DNA of 64,000 bases from Monocercomonoides exilis PA203 (taxonomy: Eukaryota; Protista; Preaxostyla). Made by a program: the position numbers and the translations under genes. The stretch spans positions 434,001 to 498,000 of the forward strand of contig LSRY02000050.1 in the NCBI GenBank assembly GCA_001643675.2, written 5' to 3'. The notes under the pieces are model-generated. The model saw only the letters and a list, made by a program, of their open reading frames with translations. It had not been told where the DNA came from and made no database searches. The first letter of the stretch is position 1. Every line of letters begins with the position of its first letter. Shown here one piece after another: positions 52,589 to 62,946 of this stretch.

Positions 52589-53821
52589 ATGACAAGTTCT
52601 TCTTGCAAAAAGCGAATTATAACTTTAATATACTTTTCATCAACCGGAAATACAAAATTATTATCGGAACTTTTGCAATCAAAATTGTCAAGCAATTGGA
52701 ATCATGATGTTGAATGTGTTGATGGATTAAAATTAATTCAACTTCTAAAATTGGGAAAGAAAAATGCAAAAAAGGATATCTCATTGAACATTGATGAAAA
52801 TAATTCCATGTTGTTCGAGACAAGAAATCGTATCTCCCGTTCGGATGTTATTGGAGTTGGAAGTTATGCTTTCAATCAGCTTCCTGCACCTGGATTTGAT
52901 GTTTTCTTTTCAGAAAATGTACTACCGTCATCAATATTCCGTCACATGAAATTTTTCTTTGGATTTGGCACGGCTGGAGGAGCAAATAAAACATTGGGAG
53001 AAATATGCACGATGCCTTTATCAAAAAAGAATCCAAATGCTCGATACCTTGGATCTATTGTTTTAAAAACTCCCGATTCAACGCCTGTTTGGGGTCCGCC
53101 AAAACCTTACAGAGATGCATGGAAACTTTCGGAGATTGAAAAACTTATCGCGTTTGTTGATTCAATGAATGAGCTATTAACCGATGAAAATTCGAAAACA
53201 ACACAGTTTCCCAAATTTAAACAACATAAAGTGAATGGAAGCGAATCACAAAAAATGATATCGTCCATGCTCTGCCCGAAAATTGATCAAACGAAGTGCA
53301 TCAAATGTGGCAAATGTGCAAGAGAATGCCCTTACAACGCAATAAAGATGAAAAGTTCTGCTTCTTCAAGCGATTCCACAGCTTCATCAGAAAATGCTTC
53401 TTCAAAGATAACCATTGGAGATATTGAATCCTCCTATCCAATTATCAATCCAGATGAATGTTGGATGTGCTCGCGCTGCTATCACCATTGCCCATCAGAA
53501 GCTATTCAGCTACCATTTTTCCATTCGGAACAAAGATCGCGTCTTTCGTCTGTTCTCGTTGAAAAGGACTGCAGCAAATTCTGGCAAGCTGAAGAAAAAT
53601 GCATGCGAATCAACGACAATGAGAATGAATCACTGTTTCCTTCGAGCAATTTGTTATTAACAAAAGAAGCTAGAATTCCAAAAGATATTATTTTGACTCG
53701 TTCAAAGCCATCTCCTCTGCGAACACTTCATAGGGTTTTTGTTGGCTGTCGGTTTATTGAGATTGTTATTATTATTTTGTTTTTAATTGTTGTAGCTCTT
53801 ATTTTGAGAGCATTTCTTTAA
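52589..53821 (+). CDS. Flavodoxin-like plus 2x[4Fe-4S] ferredoxin fusion (EFR1-like) with a C-terminal TM helix
   Basis: N-terminal IYFSSTGNT; CIKCGKCARECP and CWMCSRCYHHCP; terminal FIEIVIIILFLIVVALILRAFL; intronless. Confidence 0.85.
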   Translation: MTSSSCKKRIITLIYFSSTGNTKLLSELLQSKLSSNWNHDVECVDGLKLIQLLKLGKKNAKKDISLNIDENNSMLFETRNRISRSDVIGVGSYAFNQLPAPGFDVFFSENVLPSSIFRHMKFFFGFGTAGGANKTLGEICTMPLSKKNPNARYLGSIVLKTPDSTPVWGPPKPYRDAWKLSEIEKLIAFVDSMNELLTDENSKTTQFPKFKQHKVNGSESQKMISSMLCPKIDQTKCIKCGKCARECPYNAIKMKSSASSSDSTASSENASSKITIGDIESSYPIINPDECWMCSRCYHHCPSEAIQLPFFHSEQRSRLSSVLVEKDCSKFWQAEEKCMRINDNENESLFPSSNLLLTKEARIPKDIILTRSKPSPLRTLHRVFVGCRFIEIVIIILFLIVVALILRAFL

Positions 53822-53938
53822 ATATATTAAAACTCAAATTGAAATTTTCTAATGAAAATTGATGGTAACATATGTTTATGTTAATGCTTTCAAATATTCA
53901 CCCAACATAAAATTTTGCAATTTGAATTAAATTAAAAA

Positions 53939-55560
53939 ATGGAAGAAATTTTGGATGACGATGATAATGTTTGTTAATTTATATTTTATTTATTTCATTA
54001 GTTATAAAAATTTAAATATTTAAAAACTCAAATTCAAACTTTTTTATGAAATTCACGTTTTTAATAATTTTGCTTTACTCATTCGTCTTTCAGGAAGAAG
54101 CAAATGAACATAAATCAGAAGGAAATTCTGAAACAAATTCTTTAAATTCTGATTATTCAGAAACGGATGATGATGAATTATCTTCAACTTCAGACAATAA
54201 TCTTCCTGAATGTATTAAAGTTCATCCTGTTGCTCAATATAGTTTTCCTCGTCCATCTCCATTTCGATTTTTACCTCCATCTGATTTGACAAAGAAACAT
54301 CTTAGGGCAAGTGGGCAACTTGAACAACTTGCTCTTTTGGAGGATCTTTCTGCTCTATGCAAGGGAGAAATTCTTACAGGAATTCTTCCTTCAACAGTTG
54401 GACATGAAAAAGCTTGTGGATTTGAGCCTTCTTCTCTTCTTGAAAGAAAATGTGCATGCTGTCCAAGTTGTCAAGTTATTATTAAAGAACATCCTTCTCC
54501 TCCTATTTGTTCAACATGTCATCGAGAACTATATCTTTTGGTTCTTCCATCACGGCCAAAAATACGAAAAAATCGATCACTGCACAAGACAGATAGTCAT
54601 TCTTCTGGGTGCTTTGATAAATTAAGTGAAGAAGAATATTCAGAAGAGCTTCGAAAAGAAGCGGAGGAAGCGAAGAAACGGTTTGAATGTGGAAGGCAGT
54701 ATGCAGTGATTGGTTCTCGTGGCAAGCAAAGCACGTTCGATAAACGATTAACTCAGCGTATAGAAGATGATGACTTCTCAGATAAGAAAGGGAGATCGAT
54801 GATTGAAAGCGAAATTGGAGGAAGGCGAACAAGCATGAAGGAAGAAAACGAAGAAGACGACGAAGAAGAAGATGACGAACTTACACGTAAAGCAATGGAA
54901 TTAATGATAAAGGAAGCAGAGGAACGTATAAGAAGTGAAGGCATTGGAAGTGATGAACCTTCTGATGAAGAGCTTTCTGGTGAAGAAAATAAAGAAAATG
55001 AAGAGGAAGAAACGAATGAGACGAAAGAAGATGAAGAAGATATAGACACAATTCGTGATCCTTCGAAAATTCCGCAGTCGCAAACAAGATCAATTTTGGG
55101 TCTGCGTTCCATTCCAATGCCGAGCGAGACGATGCACATGTCCACGCATTCGGAGCTGTCATTAAGTAGACGCATTTTGAAAGCACAATTGGAAGAGCAA
55201 GCAGCAATCAGAGAAGCCAAAAAGAAAGAGGCAGAAGACGCAAAGATACAAAGATGGATGTCTGGAGGATTGAAAGTTCCGAGTCGGAAAGCAAATGAAG
55301 GGAAAGATAAAGCAAAAACGCAAAAAAGGGGGAAAGAAAGGAATTCAAAAAGGAAAGAACAGAAAACTCCAAAGCTATCAGAGGAGAATGAGCAAACAGA
55401 GGTACAGCCACAAAGCGGAGAGGAGATAGAAAATTTAGAAAAAGGATCAGAGGACAACAAAGAGAATAAACGACAAAAAACCATAAAAACAACGAAGCAC
55501 AAAAAGATAAGAAAGCCCAAATCATCTAAGTTGAATTGCTCAAAGAAGACTGATAAATGA
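53939..55560 (+). CDS. Hypothetical charged protein with a CxxC...CxxC motif
   Basis: Short exon MEEILDDDDN|GTTTG spliced to TTTCAG|GAA near 54093. Motif CCPSC...CSTC, with acidic and basic low-complexity regions. Confidence 0.65.
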
Positions 55561-55857
55561 ACGAGCAAATTGGATGATAATACTTTTTTTTTTTTTCATT
55601 TTTTCTTATACGTCGTTTCTATGTTATTTATAAATATTTTTTTTTCCAAATTCTTTTTAATGATGTAGAAAATAAAAGATCAAAAATTCCAACATTATGA
55701 GCAATTATATATGAAAAGTGTATCTTTCAGTGTACACTTTGGAGTCGAAGTAATATTCTGGGGTTTTTGCATTTACATTTTATATTGTTTCGGGCAATGG
55801 ATAAAAAATCGTATGCATTATGCAATTTGTTGCAAATTAATTCATTTTTTAAAAGTT

Positions 55858-56554
55858 ATGATTAATCGTCAATGGAAGCCAAATGTGAATTTTCATTCGG
55901 ACTTACTGTTTATCTGGTATATAAATTTTTATTCATTTTGTGAATTTCTTCATTTTGGAAAATGATTAATAAAAATATTTGTCAGTCCACGATTGTACAG
56001 AGTAACTGCATTTGAAAAAAAGAATAATTGGTTTGAATTTGCACTATTCTTTAAAATTGAAGAATTGTAACGATTTTGTGAAAATGAAAATAGGAATATG
56101 TTTATTTATCAGCTTCCCCAAGGTGGATTGCTCATTATTAATCCGATGGTTGTTAGTGATAAAGTTCTCCAACAAATATTAGATCTTGGATATCCCAGGG
56201 TTTGTCAATCTACTTTTATTGGGATTTTGAAATGTGTATTTAAAAATAGATTTGCACAAGCGCTGGATCTAGTTCAAACTCAATTCAGTCAAAAGATGTT
56301 GCTGCTTGGAAGCTGAGATTTCCAGATTGTCCATATGCATGGTACGTTTTAATACCATTGTTTTTACCATTCTTAAGCTCCAATGTTTTTCCCCCTCCAA
56401 TGCTAAATTTTTCAACTTTTTTATTTTTTTTCTTTGATTTTTTTATAAGTGCAAAAAAGGAATTTGACAACCTCAAAGACAGTATTCCGCTCCAGTCGAA
56501 CTTTGACGGAACGATCGAAAGCATTTTGCATTATTCAGGTTTTCTAACTTATTC

Positions 56555-56609
<55 letters not shown>

Positions 56610-57784
56610 ATTATTATTATAATTATTATTATTTAATAACAATAATATTTTTTGTAAAAATATTAAATTTTTTTTGAATATTCTTCTATTTAAAAGGAGT
56701 TGAAACATTTGTTCTTCCAGATAATTCAGATGATGTCTGCTTCCTTTTAACTGTCGAAGATAATACTGTTGACAAAAACACAAATCAAAATCTTTCTTCT
56801 TCTTCTTCTTTGCCATCATCATCATCATCATCATCTTCTTCTTCTTCAAATTCTTCTTCTTCTAATTCCATTTCAAATTCCATTTCAAATTCTTCTTCTT
56901 CTTCTTCTTCATTAAATTCTTCTTCTCATCCAATATTCCCTTCAAAATCTCCTTTAAACCCCAAAAAAGTGCTAATAATTGGTGATTGTCTGTGTGGAGA
57001 AGGAGAAAATTCAAATCAAATTTTCTCACATTCAAATAGAGACAATGAAAACATGAATGTGAATGTGAATGTTAATAAAAATGATAATAATAATATTAAA
57101 ACTGAAAATTCTGCTATTTCAACTGAAGATGAAGAAGAAGAAGAAGAAGAAGATGATGATGATGGAAAACATTCAAAGCAAAATGAGGTTGGAGAAAGAA
57201 AATTGAAAGATTCTTCTTCTTCTTCTTCTTCTTCTTCTTCTTCTTCAATTTCTCCTTCTTCCACTTCAAATTCTTCTTCTTTATTAACATCATCATCATC
57301 ATCATCTTCATCTTCATCATCATCATCCAATAACCCCTCAATTCATTCATCGCATTCTTCTTCTTCTTCTTCTCATTCATTTCTTCTCTTTCCTGGCACT
57401 TCTTCATCATTTTCATCCTCCTTTTCTTCTTCTTCTTCTTCTTCTTCTCCTTCTTCTTCTCCTCCTCCTCCTCCTTCTTCTTCTTCTTTTCCCTCCTTTT
57501 TAAATAAAATTTCTTTTTCATTTTTTTCCCAGTCATTTTCCTCATCCATTGAATTTTTGGTGTCGTTGTGTGAAAGTAATTGCATTGTGGGTGTTTGTTT
57601 GTCAAAGGGAAAGCCAATTATTGCAGAGTTAAATAACTTAAAATCCATAAATAGAATAAAAAAAGCAATTGTTTCTGTTGGAAAAGGGAAATGGAAGAGC
57701 AGGAGAAATAAAGAGGAAGAGGAAGAGGAAGAGGAAGATGAAGATGAAGAAGTGAAAAGGGGGGAAAAGGAAAAAAATTCTTGA
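55858..57784 (+). CDS. Multi-exon metallo-beta-lactamase-fold-like (DUF4336-like) protein with Ser-rich insertions
   Basis: MFIYQLPQGGLLIINPM...ILDLGYP and VLIIGDCL segments; several GT-AG introns. Confidence 0.45.
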
Positions 57785-59852
57785 AATGAATGTAGATGTG
57801 GATGAAGATTTGAAATGAATGCGAATTGGATTAAAATTTTAATGTTGAATTTAATTTTTTTCTTTTTTTTTTTATTTTTTTTATTTTATTTTATTTTATT
57901 TTAATTTTAATTTTTATTTTTATTTTCATAATTTTTAACGGATAACTTTGAGATGATCAAAGAAAACAGATTTGTTTGTTGTTTGAAGGTTCGTTTTTTG
58001 AGTCTAATGAACAAAACGAGAACATAATTTTCAATATTTACATCCTTTACGATTTTAATTTATGTTTTCTTTTTATTCTTTCTTTCTTTCTTTTTTCACC
58101 CCTTTTGTTAAATCAAAAATCATTGGCATTCAAAATGTGTATCATCTTTTTCACTTTTTCTTTTGTTTTCATTCGTAAAATTTCAAATTATTGAAAAAGG
58201 TTTTGTTTATTTATGTTATTGTTTGCAAACTGGGGGAAACAACTGCTTGGAGAAAATGAATCAAATCTTATTTGATCTTTCTTTCATTTTGAAGATAACG
58301 AAAATGTAGCATGTACTTGAAGAAGTGAAATGACAAAGATTAAGCTTTGTTGATCCTTTTATTTTCAAAACTCTGTTGGAGTTTAGATGATCAGCATATT
58401 TTCAAAATAATGATGATGTTTTTTGAATTTTCGAATCGATTTCAAAAATAAATTGCATGCATTTCTTGGTATAATTTTTCCCTGATTGTTTTGTTTCATT
58501 ATTTTATTATTATTATCATGGTAAAACTTTTTTGGAAATTATTTTGTCTTTTTTGATCATAAGATATAATTGGCTCGGATTGATCTTTAGGAAAATTCGC
58601 AATAGAGCGAATATCCGAACGCAAGGAGCAGGTTTGCTCCTCAATAATGAGTATTGTTCACGATTTATGGGCGGTTTAAGATCTAACTTCGCCAATACTG
58701 AAATTCAAAGTAGACCCAAATTGTCCGCAACAAAAAGAAGCAACAGCCTGTGACAAAAAATACAGAGACGGCGATGGAAAGGAATTAGATCTATTTTTGA
58801 AACAAAAAAGAATGAAAAATTATCATCGAAGAATTTGCATGGATCAAAGTGCGAAATACATCATTCGAAACAAAGACTGCGTACAGCTGATAAAACAGAA
58901 AGGAAAGCCGTGCATTGTTTGGATACAATTTCAAGAACTGAAGCTACAATATAAATTGAAAGATAATTATTGTAAATATTTCCGCGTTGTACTGCGAGTC
59001 AATTTCAGAAATTAAAACCACGAAAAATAGTGAAACATTTTGATAGAATAAAGATATGATAATTTTTCGACTTTAAAATAGAATAAAACTACACATTATT
59101 TTGCTTATTTATTAGGAGTAAGAACTGCCTATTGAAGCGAGATATTGTTAAATAATGAAATCGCAAGATGTTGCAAGAATTTAAAAAGATAGATCCACAA
59201 ATTGCAGAGAGATTATTTTGGAGGAAGAACTTTCTATCAATGTGGAGATAATTAATTGAAATAATTAATACAAAATAGAAGAGATATATTCAAACAATGC
59301 TGTGATATACAAATGAAAACAAAACCAACGACAAACTGCAGAATATTGTGTGAATTAATTAGGAAGAAGATTCGCTCATATCCACGAAATAATATATAAT
59401 AATAGAAGCCACGATATTTCATCAGATACTTAAACAAAACGAAGATATGAATGACAATTGACTTTTAAAAGAATGAAACAACAAATATCGTAAGAATTTA
59501 TTAGGAACAAGATCCGCGAAGTGTATCAAGATGCAGTTAAATTTTGAATATAAATAATAATAATAAATCGCTTGATGTTACTAGAATTAATGAGAATAAA
59601 TGCACACATTGCAGCGAGATTACCATTGAGGAAAGATTTAATTACAATAAAGAGATAATTACATATTATAATGCTGCGAATTTGCTTAAGATAGTTACAT
59701 AACAATAATTATTCGATAATTCGCGATATTGAGAAATCCATATACGTATTTGTTTTATTGCTAGATGATATCACAAGAATAGTGATAAAAGACGCGCAAT
59801 GATAAGATATATATATATATATATATAAAATATATATATATATATATAAGAA

Positions 59853-60052
59853 AGCCGCGCTATGCCGCGAGACAGAGAGAGAAGAGAGAGCCGCGCTATG
59901 CCGCGAGACAGAGAGAGAAGAGAGAGCCGCGCTATGCCGCGAGACAGAGAGAGAAGAGAGAGCCGCGCTTTGCCGCGAGACAGAGAGAGAAGAGAGAGCC
60001 GCGCTATGCCGCGAGACAGAGAGAGAAGAGAGAGCCGCGTTTTGCCGCGAGA
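59853..60052 (+). repeat. 36-bp tandem repeat (AGCCGCGCTATGCCGCGAGACAGAGAGAGAAGAGAG) x5.5, preceded by (TA)n
   Basis: Directly visible; degenerate copies continue to ~60510. Confidence 0.95.
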
Positions 60053-61551
60053 TCATGATTTGTTTTATAGATTGAAAAGCCGCGCCTTGTCGCAAGATCA
60101 TGATTTTATTAAATGAAAGAAGAATTGAGAAGTGAAGCGAGAGAGGGATAAATAGAGAATTTACGAAATATCAAAAGAAGATTATTCAGGAAACGAGATA
60201 CACAATTACGCGAGATACTGATAAATACAGTGACGAAATATTTATATTTATATAATGTAAGAATATTTGTAATAATCGATACATATATTACAGCGATATT
60301 TTAATTAATGGATAATTTCATTACAGTTACAAGATAATTATTTGAAATGAAGCTGTGCCTATTCGAGAGAGAGTTACAAAGAATCAAACCGAGTTCGATC
60401 TCAAGATCATGAGATAAGAGAGAGAATAGGAAGACGTGCATTACCACGAGACTAAGAGACGAGAGAGTAACCGCGTTCAATACCGAGACTTTGAGAAGAG
60501 ATAGAGCAGTGAACGGCGTTTCGCAGCAAAATGACGATAGAGATAGAAAGCTCAGTAAACCGATTGACTTTTGCTAAGGAAATATAGACAAGTTGTGTTA
60601 CGACACAATATTAAACTGAAAGAGAGAAATATCATAAATTAAGAATTGGAAATGTTACGATTAATTACAGGAGAAATCAGAACAAAAGTTCAATCGTGAA
60701 ACATATCGGGACTGAGAGAGAAGAGAGAGCACTGAATTGTAGCGAGATAATCGAGGAGTGACAAATTGTTTTTAATAGAAAGAATTTGAATGAAGAGAAA
60801 GCTGAGTTTACTGCGAGAAAAGGATGAAGATAGATATTGAGAGAAGTTGCAAATCGATAATACGATAAGAAACAGTGCACTTTTGCGAAATAGGTGCAGA
60901 CACTGTAACCGCGAAACTTTTTGAGAAGACTGAAGAAGTGAAATCCGCAGAGAATCGCGAGGAGAATATTGAGCATGAGATCGCGGTAGACCGCGAGAGG
61001 AGGATACATAAGGAAGCCGCATAGTGCAGCGTAATGAAAATTGAAGAAGATTCTGCATTTCTCAGCTAAAAATGCTGATAGACGCACTCAGCCGGACTTA
61101 GATAAAACTGGACTATGCACCGAAAGCGTAAAAAGTGGCAGAGATATTTCAAACAATCGCACCGAGAAGACTATATGTTGATAATCGCACACCAGATTGA
61201 TCAGGTGCCCTGCCAAACTATTTGTAAACTACACTCTCTGAGAAGGAAGAGAAAGAGAGAATAGTCTAGAAATGAGATCGTACCAGTCCGTTATTGAGAA
61301 ACATTGGATTGACCTCTAAAGAGATGAGAAAAGAAGGCTAGAAGATACCTTCATGAGAGGTCAGAAGTATTAGACTGGAGAGGAGAATATCTTAGGAAGG
61401 ACATCTTTCAAACATGGGGAGAATAAGTTGGAGTGAAGGATATATCAGCAGCAGGGGATTCGTAGAGAGCGCTGCAATAATTAAAACTATTATTTGATAG
61501 AGAAAGAATAGATAAAACAGACCCCCTCATAGAAAAGATGCTAAGTGAATT

Positions 61552-62739
61552 ATGGCAGAGTTCACTGAAACACTTTCGAATACTAACCTATCAAGTGGAG
61601 TGATTCATCAGACAGAACGGAAAGTTCTGGATTCTATTAACCTCTTCAGAAAGACTAAGGTTGACGTGAAAGACATAGAGATATTTCTTAAAACCTATGT
61701 GGGGGAGAAACCAAGAAGAGGCAATCGATACAAATCGATGTGGGACTTGACAATCATCACGAAATGGGCAGAAGCCACTCACGATATGAAAGACCCACAG
61801 ACCCTCCAAAGGAGAGCTCTCATCCTGACTATGATCTTTGGAGCTCTAAGGCCAGCAGAGCTGGAGAGAATGAGAAGTGATACAACGATATTTAAAGATA
61901 ATTCTGTCCAGACACAAGTACAAACAAAAACATCAGGGGGAGAGACTGTTAATGTTATTATAAATAAGCATCCGAACCCACGTATCGATGCGGTTGTGGC
62001 GCTCCAACGCTGGATGGATTATATAAAGACAACCTTTAGAGACGAACATGTGTGGTTCGATCTCAGGGGGAGGCAACCTGCAAACTTGCAGAGGATCAAA
62101 GAAGAATTAGTGGCTGTCCTGAGAGAGAACGGAATACCCGACACATTTACCGCGTACTCGATAAGACACGCTGTGATAACGCACCTAGCAAGACAACAAG
62201 CTGCAGATTGGAAAGCAATCAATGCGTACGCGAGATGGGCGCCAGGCTCTAGAGTAGCCCAGGAGTATTACACCGTGTTACCAGTTCAGGACACGAGATG
62301 GATCCTGGAGACAATCGGTGGCCCAGTACCCCTGGCAGAGAAGGGAGGAAAGTCGGAGAAGGACAGCAAAGGAAAAGAGATTTCAAATGAGAATACAGAA
62401 TCTGAAACAAAGGAGTATCCTGAAGAAACATCACAATCTGGGGGAGAAGCGGAGACGAGCAAGAGAAAGAATTCGAAGAGACGAGGGTCGACTCGAGAGA
62501 AGAGTTCGCAGCATGAGGACGATATAACACAACCCACCAGGTGTGATGAGACACCTTCCATAATTCCCCGCAGCATCATGGAGCTGGCGGAGGGCAGACA
62601 ACCTGCCTTGCAGAAGAAACTCGAGACCGATCGGAGGAAACGCGGAGAGAGAAGCATAGGACAAATTGTCATACCCGCTCAGGTACAGAAGACCCGATCG
62701 AGAACCCCCCGAAGACAGCGCAACAAGGGGAGGGAGTAG
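61552..62739 (+). CDS. Tyrosine recombinase (phage-integrase family) of the DIRS-type element
   Basis: LRPAEL (R), KT (K), YSIRH (H/Y-x-x-R), ARW (W), EYY (Y) in canonical order; charged disordered C-terminal tail. Confidence 0.9.
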   Translation: MAEFTETLSNTNLSSGVIHQTERKVLDSINLFRKTKVDVKDIEIFLKTYVGEKPRRGNRYKSMWDLTIITKWAEATHDMKDPQTLQRRALILTMIFGALRPAELERMRSDTTIFKDNSVQTQVQTKTSGGETVNVIINKHPNPRIDAVVALQRWMDYIKTTFRDEHVWFDLRGRQPANLQRIKEELVAVLRENGIPDTFTAYSIRHAVITHLARQQAADWKAINAYARWAPGSRVAQEYYTVLPVQDTRWILETIGGPVPLAEKGGKSEKDSKGKEISNENTESETKEYPEETSQSGGEAETSKRKNSKRRGSTREKSSQHEDDITQPTRCDETPSIIPRSIMELAEGRQPALQKKLETDRRKRGERSIGQIVIPAQVQKTRSRTPRRQRNKGRE

Positions 62740-62849
62740 GGATAGAGGCCGCACCTTCATCCGCAGTCCCTCTGTTCATCCGCCGCACGACAAGGTGCTA
62801 GGCCGGAGGGTTTAAGATCAGAGGAGAGAAGAGAACGAGGGATTTCAAA

Positions 62850-62946
62850 ACTCATTATTGAGGAGCAAACCTGCTCCTTGCGTTCGGATATTCGCTCTAT
62901 TGCGAATTGATGGAACGCAGTGAGTCAGGATTAGCTCCGAAATAAT
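62850..62946 (+). repeat. Internal complementary region (ICR) of the DIRS-type element
   Basis: Its reverse complement equals the right terminus joined to the left terminus. Confidence 0.9.

Noticed and set aside
59853-60052. 36-bp repeats as a CRISPR-like array near an integrase
   Set aside because: The units are head-to-tail with no unique spacers, and there are no cas genes
61552-62739. Crypton or prophage integrase interpretation
   Set aside because: The ITR+ICR layout and RNase H/MTase relics indicate a DIRS origin; there are no phage genes
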